Positions 34,365-43,326 of a DNA stretch of 64,000 nt are shown piece after piece; within the stretch, counting starts at the first letter, position 1; each line of letters opens with the position of its first letter. The stretch is from Oscillospiraceae bacterium (GTDB lineage Bacteria; Bacillota; Clostridia; Oscillospirales; CAG-272). The stretch spans positions 111,791 to 175,790 of the forward strand of contig SVSS01000003.1 of assembly GCA_015064185.1 (NCBI GenBank), read 5' to 3'. The position numbers and the translations under genes are program-made. The notes beneath the pieces were generated by a model that was not told the DNA's origin, did not search any database, and was given only the letters and a program-made list of their open reading frames with translations.

Positions 34365-35579
34365 ATGTTTATACTGAAAAAAATAGGATGCCGCGCGGTG
34401 CAGCTTGCTTTTCGTGCGGTACTGCCCGTGCTTCCGTACAGAGAGCCGAGGATCCTTTCCTCTGTTGATGCATTGGGAGAGGTGCTTTTGGCGCGCGGTG
34501 AGGCTTCGGCATTGATCGTGACAAGCGCAGGGAGTGCCAAGAGGGGTATGATCGTTCCCATTGAGGAAGTGCTGCAAAAGCAGGGCATCCGCTATGCTAT
34601 CTATGATAAAACGCAACCAAATCCCACGGTTGCAAATGTAGAAGAGGCACTCCAAATGTATTACGAAAACGGTTGTGATAGCCTGATTGCCATTGGTGGC
34701 GGGTCTGTGATGGACTGTGCCAAGGGGATCGGCGCGAGAGTCGCTTACCCTAAAAAGGAGCTGAACAAGCTGGCGGGGGTGATGAGGGTGCTTCGCAAGA
34801 TCCCCTTGCTCATCGCCATCCCAACAACGGCGGGCACAGGCAGTGAGGTGACGCTTGCTGCCGTTATTACAGATGAAAAAACGCGCCACAAGTATGCGAT
34901 CATGAGCTTTCCCTTAATTCCGCAGTATGCCGTGCTTGATGCCGCGCTCACCTGCTCTATGCCGCCGCATCTCACCGCCACTACGGGTATGGATGCACTG
35001 ACCCACGCAGTGGAGGCTTATATCGGGCGCGCCACGTGCAGAAAAACAAGGCGTCTGGCGCTTGATGCCACGGCACTTGTGTTTGAAAACATAGAAAAAG
35101 CATATACCAATGGGCAGGATACCGTTGCGCGTGAAAATATGCTGCATGCCGCATACAAGGCGGGGGTTGCGTTTTCGATGTCCTATGTCGGGTATATACA
35201 CGCCATTGCGCATTCTCTTGGTGGAAAATACGATACCCCGCACGGGCTTGCCAACGCTGTTATTATGCCTCACGTGCTTGGGGGATACGGCAAGAGCGCA
35301 CACAAAAAATTGCACCGCCTTGGCATTGCCGCAGGTGTTTGCAATGCGGGCGACAGCCACGAGGTTGGGGCGAAAAAATTTATTGCGGCTGTGAGGGTGC
35401 TAAATGCAAGTATGCAGATTCCCGCGGTTATTTCGGATATCAAGGAAGCGGATATCCCCGCACTTGCTAAGCATGCCGAGCGGGAGGCAAATCCGCTTTA
35501 TCCTGTGCCGAGGCTGATGACGGGCAAGGAGCTTGAGGTCTTATATTATCAAATTGCGGGGCTTAACACCAAGAAATAA
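34365..35579 (+). CDS. Iron-containing alcohol dehydrogenase
   Basis: GGGSVMDCAKG, PTTAGTGSE, and His-rich metal site (HAIAHSLGGKYDTPHG). Confidence 0.85.
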   Translation: MFILKKIGCRAVQLAFRAVLPVLPYREPRILSSVDALGEVLLARGEASALIVTSAGSAKRGMIVPIEEVLQKQGIRYAIYDKTQPNPTVANVEEALQMYYENGCDSLIAIGGGSVMDCAKGIGARVAYPKKELNKLAGVMRVLRKIPLLIAIPTTAGTGSEVTLAAVITDEKTRHKYAIMSFPLIPQYAVLDAALTCSMPPHLTATTGMDALTHAVEAYIGRATCRKTRRLALDATALVFENIEKAYTNGQDTVARENMLHAAYKAGVAFSMSYVGYIHAIAHSLGGKYDTPHGLANAVIMPHVLGGYGKSAHKKLHRLGIAAGVCNAGDSHEVGAKKFIAAVRVLNASMQIPAVISDIKEADIPALAKHAEREANPLYPVPRLMTGKELEVLYYQIAGLNTKK

Positions 35580-35633
35580 CAACGCTTGAGGGTGCGGACT
35601 CAGAGTTCAGCAAAATTTTTTAAAAACTCTTGA

Positions 35634-35840
35634 CTTTTACCTAAGGAAGAAGCCTACCTCAACCGTGAGCTTTGCAACGAAACCGGCATACAAAAGATGC
35701 TTGATGACCTTTACAAGGAAGGCAAGTACGGCGTAAAGACCGGCGCGGGCTTTTACGATTACGCCGACGGGAAAGATGTTGAGGCGCTGAAAGCGCGTGA
35801 CGAGAAGTTTGTAAAGATCTACAAGGTGCTTTATTCCTAA
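35634..35840 (+). pseudogene. C-terminal fragment of 3-hydroxyacyl/3-hydroxybutyryl-CoA dehydrogenase
   Basis: A start-less reading frame, ...LDDLYKEGKYGVKTGAGFYDYADGKDVEALKARDEKFVKIYKVL*, typical of the Hbd C-terminus and followed by its own terminator. The listed minus-strand ORF 35637..35852 is its antisense shadow. Confidence 0.7.
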
Positions 35841-35912
35841 CAGAACAAGCACCCTTTTTTGGGGTGCTTATTCTTTTTTTAAAAGATACGTATAAAATAT
35901 TTTCGACACGAA

Positions 35913-35941
35913 TTGACTTTATAAAACAGGGGTGTTATAAT
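35913..35941 (+). promoter_or_regulatory. Candidate sigma-70 promoter for the uracil permease-upp operon
   Basis: TTGACT, 17-nt spacer, TATAAT. Confidence 0.5.
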
Positions 35942-35994
35942 AAAAATTGGGTACATACTAAAAAATAAAGATACCCAAAAAAGAGGAGGGAAAA

Positions 35995-37389
35995 ATGAGT
36001 AAAAATCTTGTGTATGACATCAGTGACAAACCGCGGTTTCATGAAATGATCGTGTTTGCGATCCAACAGCTTTTGGCGATCATGGCCGCTACCATTCTGG
36101 TTCCCGCAATCATTGGAAATGGCATGAGCCAATCCGCAGCCCTTTTCGGTGCCGGTGTAGGCACACTGGTCTATCAGCTCTTTACAAAATTCAGAAGCCC
36201 TGTTTTCCTTGGTTCTTCCTTTGCATTTATCGGTTCTATGCTCGCGGCGTTTGCCGGTGCGATATCCACCTCTGCCGGGTATGCCGGTCTTGTGATCGGT
36301 GCTGTTTTTGCCGGTCTTGTATACGTTGTGATCGCCGTTGTTGTTAAGTTTGCAGGCGTTGCCTGGATCAATAAGCTCATGCCCACCGTGGTCATTGGCC
36401 CCACCGTAGCGCTGATCGGTCTTTCGCTTGCCGTGAACGCTGTTAACGACCTTGGCGCAGGCAAGGTGATGGTGGAAACCACCACGCAGGCAATTGTTGA
36501 CGGTGCGATCGTCGAAAGCACCTCGCTGGTATCCGGTGCCAGCACCTACGTGACTCTTATTTGTGGCCTTGCTACGCTGTTTTCGATCTTTGCCTTCTCG
36601 GTGTACGGCAAGAAAATGGCGAAGCTCATTCCCTTTATTCTTGGTATTGGCGTAGGCTATGCGGTAGCTTCGATCTTTACCGTAATCGGCATTGCTACCG
36701 ATAACGTGGCACTGCAGGTTATCGACTTCTCTGCTTTTGCTAACATGAAGCTGTTTGCTTTGCCCGATTTTGCCTTTGTTGAGGCATTTAAGGGTGTTAA
36801 GGATATCGACGGTGCTTTTATTGCCACCGTGGCTGTTGCTTATATTCCCGTTGCCTTTGTGGTATTTGCCGAGCATATTGCAGACCACAAAAACCTCTCC
36901 TCTATCATCGAAAAGGATCTTTTGGAGGATCCGGGTCTTCACCGCACGCTTCTTGGTGACGGTGTTGGCTCGATGGCAGGCGCATTTTTCGGCGGTTGCC
37001 CCAACACCACCTACGGTGAGTCGGTGGGCTGTGTGGCAATTACCCGCAACGCCTCTGTTGTAACCATTACCACGACTGCCATTATGAGCATGATCATCTC
37101 CTTCTTCGGTCCCTTTGTAACCCTTTTGTCTTCGATCCCCAACTGTGTCATGGGCGGCGTTTGCGTAGCGCTTTACGGCTTTATTGCGGTATCGGGTCTG
37201 AAAATGATCCAAAAGGTAGACCTCAACGAGGGTCGCAACCTCTTTGTGGTTTCCTCTATTCTCATCCCCGGCATCGGCGGTCTTAGCGTTTCCTTTGGCA
37301 AGATCACCCTGACGACCATCGCTTGCTCTTTGATCCTTGGTATTATTACCAATATCGTGCTGAATATGAAAAAGGGTAAGGCAGAATAA
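35995..37389 (+). CDS. NCS2-family nucleobase (uracil) permease
   Basis: About 13 TM segments with an NCS2-like motif region (GESVGCVAITRNAS). It lies immediately upstream of upp. Confidence 0.8.
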   Translation: MSKNLVYDISDKPRFHEMIVFAIQQLLAIMAATILVPAIIGNGMSQSAALFGAGVGTLVYQLFTKFRSPVFLGSSFAFIGSMLAAFAGAISTSAGYAGLVIGAVFAGLVYVVIAVVVKFAGVAWINKLMPTVVIGPTVALIGLSLAVNAVNDLGAGKVMVETTTQAIVDGAIVESTSLVSGASTYVTLICGLATLFSIFAFSVYGKKMAKLIPFILGIGVGYAVASIFTVIGIATDNVALQVIDFSAFANMKLFALPDFAFVEAFKGVKDIDGAFIATVAVAYIPVAFVVFAEHIADHKNLSSIIEKDLLEDPGLHRTLLGDGVGSMAGAFFGGCPNTTYGESVGCVAITRNASVVTITTTAIMSMIISFFGPFVTLLSSIPNCVMGGVCVALYGFIAVSGLKMIQKVDLNEGRNLFVVSSILIPGIGGLSVSFGKITLTTIACSLILGIITNIVLNMKKGKAE

Positions 37390-37406
37390 AAAAGAGGTAT
37401 TCCTAC

Positions 37407-38048
37407 ATGAAAAATTACGATAACGTTATTATTTTTGATCACCCTCTCATCCGCCACAAGATCGCTATTTTGCGTGATGAGCGCACCAGCATGAAGGAAT
37501 TCCGAGAGCTGGTGGAGGAGATCACCACGCTGATGACCTATGAGAGCTTAAAGGAGGGCGTGCCCACGACCGAGATCGAGGTCAAGACCCCCCTTGAAAC
37601 CTGCACGCAGACCGTGGTTGCGGATAATTCTATCGTGATCGTGCCGATCCTGCGCGCGGGTCTTGGTATGGTTAACGGCATTCACGTGCTGTTCCCTTCG
37701 GCAAGAGTGGGGCATATCGGCATGTATCGCAACGAGGAAACACTTGTGCCCGAAACCTACTACTGCAAGCTGCCTCAAGGAATTGAGGAAAAGCTTGTGA
37801 TCGTGGTCGATCCCATGCTTGCCACGGGCGGTAGCGCATGCGATGCCATCCAGCTTCTCAAACAGAAGGGCTGCAAGCAGATCAAGTTTATGGCGATCAT
37901 CGGTGCGCCCGAGGGTGTTTCCAAGGTTGCCGAGGCACACCCCGACGTGGATATTTATGTGTCCACGCTCGATCGTTGCCTCAATGAGCACGGGTATATT
38001 CTGCCCGGTCTTGGGGATGCCGGAGACCGTCTGTTTGGCACAAAATAA
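37407..38048 (+). CDS. upp: Uracil phosphoribosyltransferase
   Basis: PRPP-binding VVDPMLATGGS and C-terminal YILPGLGDAGDRLFGTK. Confidence 0.9.
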   Translation: MKNYDNVIIFDHPLIRHKIAILRDERTSMKEFRELVEEITTLMTYESLKEGVPTTEIEVKTPLETCTQTVVADNSIVIVPILRAGLGMVNGIHVLFPSARVGHIGMYRNEETLVPETYYCKLPQGIEEKLVIVVDPMLATGGSACDAIQLLKQKGCKQIKFMAIIGAPEGVSKVAEAHPDVDIYVSTLDRCLNEHGYILPGLGDAGDRLFGTK

Positions 38049-38160
38049 TACTGAAAAAATATTTCAAAAAGAATGGGTCGCTGTTCCATTTAACCATGTC
38101 TTATGCGGCGGCATTCCTTTCGGATACACCTCTTGATGAGATATTTTAATAAGACATGCC

Positions 38161-38191
38161 AAAGGGAGCAGACAGTGTCTGCTCCCTTTTT
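38161..38191 (+). terminator. Intrinsic terminator after upp
   Basis: gggagcagac-agt-gtctgctccc followed by a T5 run. Confidence 0.65.
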
Positions 38192-38204
38192 GATGATAAA
38201 AGAC

Positions 38205-38234
38205 TTGATTTTGTATATTTAAATGGTATATAAT
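38205..38234 (+). promoter_or_regulatory. Candidate promoter for the metF operon
   Basis: TTGATT, 18-nt spacer, TATAAT. Confidence 0.4.
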
Positions 38235-38262
38235 GAGGATAATACGTGAGAAGTGAGGTTCG

Positions 38263-39141
38263 ATGATGAAATTATCCGATCTTTTTTCAAGGGAGGGGCT
38301 TTCGCTCTCCTTTGAGGTGTTTCCCCCCAAAACAGATACCGTGTTTGAAAGCGTGCGACAAGCTACTGAGGAGATCGCAACGCTTCGCCCTGCCTTTATG
38401 AGCGTGACCTACGGCGCCGGGGGCGGCACCAGCCGCTATACGCTGGATATCGCAAAAAACATCAAGGAGCGCTATGGCGTGCCTACGCTCGCGCACCTGA
38501 CCTGTGTTTCCTCAACAAGGGAAACCGTGCACGAAAAGATCGAGGCAATGCGTGCGGCAGGTATTCAAAACGTCATGGCGCTACGCGGCGATATTCCCGC
38601 CGATGTGAGTGACGCCGCGCGTGCAGGCTGGGCATACAGCCACGCCGTAGAATTGGTGCGTGAGCTTAAGAGCTTTGGCGATGAATTTTGCGTGGGTGGC
38701 GCGTGCTATCCCGAGGTGCACCCCGAGAGTGCCAATCAAAGAGAGGATATCAGATATTTGCGTGAAAAGGTAGAGGCAGGCTGTGATTTTCTTACCACGC
38801 AGATGTTTTTTGATAACAATCTGTTTTACAATTTCCTCTATAAGATCCGTGAGGCGGGCATTACGGTGCCTGTCATTCCGGGCATTATGCCGATTACAAA
38901 CGGCAATCAGGTGGAGCGCGCGATCAAGCTTTCAGGATCGCTGATGCCACAGCGCTTTAAGGCGTTGGTGGATAAATTTGGCACCACGCCTGCCGCCATG
39001 AAGCAGGCGGGCATTGCCTATGCCACCGATCAGATCATCGATCTGTTTGCCAACGGCATCAAAAACGTGCACGTTTACTCGATGAACAAGCCCGATGTGG
39101 CGGCGGCAATTCAACAAAATTTATCGGACATATTGGGCTGA
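38263..39141 (+). CDS. metF: 5,10-methylenetetrahydrofolate reductase
   Basis: SFEVFPPKT, TYGAGG, LTC and TQMFFD motifs. Confidence 0.85.
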   Translation: MMKLSDLFSREGLSLSFEVFPPKTDTVFESVRQATEEIATLRPAFMSVTYGAGGGTSRYTLDIAKNIKERYGVPTLAHLTCVSSTRETVHEKIEAMRAAGIQNVMALRGDIPADVSDAARAGWAYSHAVELVRELKSFGDEFCVGGACYPEVHPESANQREDIRYLREKVEAGCDFLTTQMFFDNNLFYNFLYKIREAGITVPVIPGIMPITNGNQVERAIKLSGSLMPQRFKALVDKFGTTPAAMKQAGIAYATDQIIDLFANGIKNVHVYSMNKPDVAAAIQQNLSDILG

Positions 39142-39142
39142 T

Positions 39143-39748
39143 ATGGAAGGTGTTTTTGTAAAAGCATATGCGGCGCCCCCTGTTGACTACAGGGAAATTT
39201 GGCGTTATGCGGGTGCGCGCAATATGGATACAGAGCAGGAGCAGCTCCTCAACGAGTGCCTGTTAGAGCTTGGCGACCAAGCTGTTTTTCGCGTTTGTTA
39301 CCGAGAATTTCCCATTTCGTGTGAGGGAGATACCGTCGATCTTAGCTTTGCCAAGGTAACCTCACCGGCACTTGCAAGGTGCCTTGCGGGGTGTGGGAGC
39401 GCCGTGGCTTTTGCGGCAACCGTTGGCACGGCGATAGACCGTTTGATCACAAGGTACAGCGCGGTATCGCCTGCGCGAGCGTTGCTTCTCGATGCCATTG
39501 GCACCGAGCGCGTGGAGGCGCTTTGTGATACCTTCTGCCGCGAGCTTGCTACTGAAAAGGGAAGCCTTGGGCTTTGCACGCGCCCGCGCTTCAGCCCGGG
39601 CTATGGAGATCTTTCGCTTTCGCTGCAAACAGAGATATTCAGCGTTTTGGATTGCCCGAGAAAAATTGGCTTGTCACTGGGGCAGGACCTTATCATGTCC
39701 CCCTCAAAATCGGTGACGGCTATTGTTGGGATAGGAAATAATTTATGA
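39143..39748 (+). CDS. Stand-alone methionine synthase activation (AdoMet-binding) domain protein
   Basis: RPRFSPGYGD...MSPSKSVTAIVGI pattern of the MetH reactivation domain. The ATG at 39143 directly follows the metF stop, and its stop overlaps the metH start. Confidence 0.7.
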   Translation: MEGVFVKAYAAPPVDYREIWRYAGARNMDTEQEQLLNECLLELGDQAVFRVCYREFPISCEGDTVDLSFAKVTSPALARCLAGCGSAVAFAATVGTAIDRLITRYSAVSPARALLLDAIGTERVEALCDTFCRELATEKGSLGLCTRPRFSPGYGDLSLSLQTEIFSVLDCPRKIGLSLGQDLIMSPSKSVTAIVGIGNNL

Positions 39749-42162
39749 TGAAATTTACAGAGCTTTTAAAGGACCATACCGTATATCTTGACGGCGGCAT
39801 GGGCACGCTCCTGCAAGAAGCAGGTCTTACCGCAGGGGAGCTGCCCGAGCGCTGGAACCTCACGCACGCGGCGGCGGTGCAGGAGATCCACCGCGCGTAT
39901 TTTGATGCGGGCAGCCATGTGGTGTCGACCAACACCTTTGGCGCAAACAGCTTAAAGTTTTCCGATGCAGAGCTTGAACAGATCGTGGCGGCTGCGGTAG
40001 AAAACGCACGTGCGGCGGCAAGGGATAGCATTGGCACGCAGCAAAGGTTTGTGGCGCTTGACATTGGCCCCACAGGCCGCATGCTAAAGCCCCTTGGCGA
40101 CCTTGACTTTGAGGATGCGGTAGCGGTGTTTGCCAAGACCGTAAGGCTTGGTGTCAAATACGGTGTAGATCTTATTTTGATCGAGACCATGAGTGACAGC
40201 TATGAAACCAAGGCGGCATTGCTTGCCGCCAAGGAGGAAAGCGAGCTGCCCGTGCTTGTTTCCTGCGCGTTTGGCGCTGACGGCAAGCTGATGACGGGGG
40301 CAACGCCTGCCGCCATGGTGGCGATGCTTGAGGGTATGGGCGCCGATGCGATCGGTGTGAATTGCTCCCTTGGCCCCCGAGCGCTTCGCCCTGTGGTGGA
40401 GGAGTATCTTCGCCTAGCCTCCGTGCCTGTGCTCCTCAAGCCCAATGCAGGCTTGCCACACGTGATAGACGGTAAAACCGCCTACGATGTGTCGCCTGCG
40501 GATTTTGCCGATGAGGTAACGGAAATGCTTGCCATGGGTGTGCGTTTGGCAGGTGGGTGCTGTGGCACAACACCACGCTATATCGAGGCATTGGTAAAGC
40601 GCTCTCGCGACATAAAGCCTCAGCCCGTTACAAGCAAGGATATTACCGCTGTTAGCTCGTATACGCACGCGGTCACCTTTGGAAGCGCGCCTGTTTTGAT
40701 TGGCGAGCGCATCAACCCCACGGGTAAAAAGCGCTTTAAGGAGGCGCTGCGCGCGGGGGATATGGATTATATTTTAAAGGAGGGCATCACCCAGGAGGAG
40801 CAGGGGGTGCATATCCTTGACGTAAACGTAGGGCTACCCGAGCTGGATGAGCCAAGGATGCTGACCGATGCGGTCTGCGCCCTGCAAGCAGTGACGGCAT
40901 TGCCCCTGCAGATCGATACCTCAGACCCAGTGGCAATGGAACGGGCATTGCGTCGCTATAACGGCAAGGCAATGATCAACTCTGTGTCGGGCAAAAAGGA
41001 AAGCATGGCAGCGGTCTTTTCGCTTGCGAAAAAATACGGCGGCCTTGTAGTGGCGCTCACTCTCGATGAGCAGGGCATTCCCGCTACCGCCGAGGCGCGC
41101 GTGGAGATCGCGCGTAAAATACTTGCCGAGGCGAAAAAATACGGCATTGACAAAAAGGATCTGATTTTTGATCCGCTTGCGCTGACGGTCAGTGCCGATC
41201 CTGTGGCGGCGCTCGAAACACTGCGTGCCGTGGAGCTTATCCGCCGCGAGCTTGGATGTCATACCTCGCTTGGGGTATCCAACGTGTCGTTTGGCTTGCC
41301 TCTAAGAGAGGTGATCACCGCCTCGTTTTTCACGCTTGCCTTGGGGCGCGGACTTTCTGCGGCGATCATGAACCCCTATGCAAGAGAAATGATGCAGGCT
41401 TATTTTGCTTACCGCGCGTTATCGGCGCTCGATGAGAACTGTGCCGATTATATTGCCTTTGCGCAAAGCCAGCCGCAATTAACGGCAGCAACGACGCCAA
41501 GTGCGCCCTCGGGTACCACGGTAAGCGCCGCAAGTGAATTGCAGCAGGCTGTGATAAAGGGCAGAGCGGAGCGCGCCGCAGCACTGACAAAAGAGCTGCT
41601 ACAGGCAAAGGATCCGCTGGCAATCGTTGGGCAGGAGATCATTCCAGCCCTTGATCGCGTGGGAGAGGGATTTGAAAAAAAGACCGTGTATCTGCCCCAG
41701 CTCCTGATGAGCGCCGAGGCGGCAAAGGCGGCGTTTGAACAGATCAAGGCAAGGCTTGCAAGCGGTGGTGCGGCTCACAAATGCGCCTTTGTTTTGGCAA
41801 CGGTAAAGGGAGATATTCATGATATCGGCAAGAATATCGTGAAGCTTTTGCTTGAGAACTATGGCTTTGCCGTAACCGATCTTGGCCGTGATGTGGCACC
41901 CGAGGCGGTGGTAGATGCAGTTGTGCGTCTGCACGCGCCTATGGCGGGGCTATCTGCCCTGATGACCACCACCGTGCCCGCAATGGAGGAAACGATCAGG
42001 CAGCTGCGCGCGAGGGCGCCCTGGTGTAAGATCCTGGTTGGCGGTGCGGTGCTCACGCCCGAATATGCCAATGCCATCGGTGCGGATCACTATGCGAGGG
42101 ACGCGATGGAAGCGGTGCGCTATGCCGAGGAGATCGACCGTACACTTGGTGCGAACACATAA
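39745..42162 (+). CDS. metH: Methionine synthase (homocysteine-binding, pterin-binding and B12-binding modules; no activation domain)
   Basis: GGCCGTTP Hcy-domain Zn motif, INSVS pterin region, and the cobalamin motif (GDIHDIGKNIV). Confidence 0.85.
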   Translation: MMKFTELLKDHTVYLDGGMGTLLQEAGLTAGELPERWNLTHAAAVQEIHRAYFDAGSHVVSTNTFGANSLKFSDAELEQIVAAAVENARAAARDSIGTQQRFVALDIGPTGRMLKPLGDLDFEDAVAVFAKTVRLGVKYGVDLILIETMSDSYETKAALLAAKEESELPVLVSCAFGADGKLMTGATPAAMVAMLEGMGADAIGVNCSLGPRALRPVVEEYLRLASVPVLLKPNAGLPHVIDGKTAYDVSPADFADEVTEMLAMGVRLAGGCCGTTPRYIEALVKRSRDIKPQPVTSKDITAVSSYTHAVTFGSAPVLIGERINPTGKKRFKEALRAGDMDYILKEGITQEEQGVHILDVNVGLPELDEPRMLTDAVCALQAVTALPLQIDTSDPVAMERALRRYNGKAMINSVSGKKESMAAVFSLAKKYGGLVVALTLDEQGIPATAEARVEIARKILAEAKKYGIDKKDLIFDPLALTVSADPVAALETLRAVELIRRELGCHTSLGVSNVSFGLPLREVITASFFTLALGRGLSAAIMNPYAREMMQAYFAYRALSALDENCADYIAFAQSQPQLTAATTPSAPSGTTVSAASELQQAVIKGRAERAAALTKELLQAKDPLAIVGQEIIPALDRVGEGFEKKTVYLPQLLMSAEAAKAAFEQIKARLASGGAAHKCAFVLATVKGDIHDIGKNIVKLLLENYGFAVTDLGRDVAPEAVVDAVVRLHAPMAGLSALMTTTVPAMEETIRQLRARAPWCKILVGGAVLTPEYANAIGADHYARDAMEAVRYAEEIDRTLGANT

Positions 42163-42171
42163 ATAACAAAG

Positions 42172-42199
42172 AAAGCCATCTGACAGATGGCTTTTTTTG
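42172..42199. terminator. Bidirectional intrinsic terminator
   Basis: aaagccatctg-aca-gatggcttt plus a T run, between convergent genes. Confidence 0.6.
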
Positions 42200-42200
42200 T

Positions 42201-42617
42201 TTAGTCCCATAACAGCAGAATGAGTAGGAAGGGCAGGAGATCGTTTTCGGGACTGTCCAGCAATAGTAATAGCACGATCCCAATGACTGCCCATTCGGGC
42301 AGCCCCTCTCCCTTACCGTGCCTTTTTCGCGGCGGGGGCATGAGAGAGGATAAAAACGGGAGCTTTGAAAAAATACCGCCCTCGCGCCGCGTGTCGCCGC
42401 ACGGGGCAAAGGTAGGAGCAGCCTCGGCATCTGTTGATGGCGGTATGACAGCCTCGCTCTCTGCCGCATCGGGTGGCGGTATGGGGGCAGGCTCGGGCTC
42501 GCTTGGCGCGGCACGCGCCAAGGGCTCCGGTGCAGGCACTGATGAAAAAGCGTTCCCGCTGTATCCCTTGGGTACGGTAAAGGGCAATTCGGGCTGATTG
42601 TTGCTTTGAATGTACAT
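42201..42617 (-). CDS. Hypothetical Pro-rich protein with C-terminal hydrophobic, Leu-rich tail
   Basis: RBS aaggagg 5 nt upstream of the ATG at 42617. Low-complexity P/A/E region, then WAVIGIVLLLLLDSPENDLLPFLLILLLWD. Confidence 0.5.
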   Translation of the reverse strand: MYIQSNNQPELPFTVPKGYSGNAFSSVPAPEPLARAAPSEPEPAPIPPPDAAESEAVIPPSTDAEAAPTFAPCGDTRREGGIFSKLPFLSSLMPPPRKRHGKGEGLPEWAVIGIVLLLLLDSPENDLLPFLLILLLWD

Positions 42618-42695
42618 ATACACCTCCTTTTTAAGCTAATAAGTTGACAAGAGTAAAAAGTTTTAAAAGCGCGAAAAAGCAGGGCTTTAGAGCAG

Positions 42696-43004
42696 CTATG
42701 CTAACGTGCGAAGGATATCGCCGATCCTCGCGATGCGCACAAGATAATCCACAGCCTCACAACGCGTAGGGGAAAGATAGGGCTTGAGGGAAAGCAAAAA
42801 CGCCTCCCGTACCGCACAAGCCTCAGAGCGCTTGCCGCCAAGCACGCCGCCAAGCCCCTTGAGGAGTGGTGCCATGGTGTTGATGCTCTCCATGAATGAG
42901 GAGAACTCCTCCTCAGAAAGTCCGTCTGTCTTTGGTGCTGTGTCTGCTTGCGCGGTTTCGTTCATCACGCTCTCGGCGCGCGGCTCGCGCACCGCTTCGC
43001 TCAT
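42696..43004 (-). CDS. Hypothetical small protein (102 aa)
   Basis: A 4-nt overlap with the upstream ORF. Acidic N-terminus and a helical C-terminus (LKPYLSPTRCEAVDYLVRIARIGDIL). Confidence 0.5.
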   Translation of the reverse strand: MSEAVREPRAESVMNETAQADTAPKTDGLSEEEFSSFMESINTMAPLLKGLGGVLGGKRSEACAVREAFLLSLKPYLSPTRCEAVDYLVRIARIGDILRTLA

Positions 43005-43222
43005 GGCTTTAATCTCCCGTTTTTCAGCTGTTCGCCAAGATTCCTTAGGGTGCTGTCATCGGCGTGGCGCAGGGCGCGGCGCAGCTCTTGCATATTGGTG
43101 GTGTTGACGTTCAGCGTTGTCAGGTCAAGTCCGTAATCGGTTGCCAGCTTGCGAACAACCTGCTCGAGTTGTTTATCGTTTAGCATGAGTAAGCGGTCAA
43201 GTGCCTTGCGGTCAAATTGCAT
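43001..43222 (-). CDS. Hypothetical small protein (73 aa)
   Basis: RBS aaaggag 5-6 nt upstream of the ATG at 43222. Predicted helical (MQFDRKALDRLLMLNDKQLEQVVRKLATDYGLD...). Confidence 0.5.
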   Translation of the reverse strand: MQFDRKALDRLLMLNDKQLEQVVRKLATDYGLDLTTLNVNTTNMQELRRALRHADDSTLRNLGEQLKNGRLKP

Positions 43223-43326
43223 ACTATCACTCCTTTCAATCGGGTCGCTCCCTTTATTTATGCTATGCCGAGGGCCTCTCTTTGGCGAAAGAAAAAAGTC
43301 GATGTGGCGGTGCCACATCGACTTTT

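Noticed and set aside
35935-37212. The 425-aa minus-strand ORF antisense to the uracil permease. Similar cases: 56753..58375 antisense to rimP-nusA, 60199..61923 antisense to infB, 21777..22874 antisense to purB, 20706..21527 and 19489..20049.
   Set aside because: - They are mirror ORFs of highly conserved genes in GC-rich DNA.
- Their composition is biased (His/Arg/Gly/Cys-rich).
- They lack an RBS and have no recognisable motifs.
38049-38262. SAM or cobalamin riboswitch upstream of the metF-metH operon.
   Set aside because: - After the upp terminator only about 70 nt remain, and they hold a promoter and RBS.
- That is too short, and it lacks the conserved riboswitch cores I can recall.
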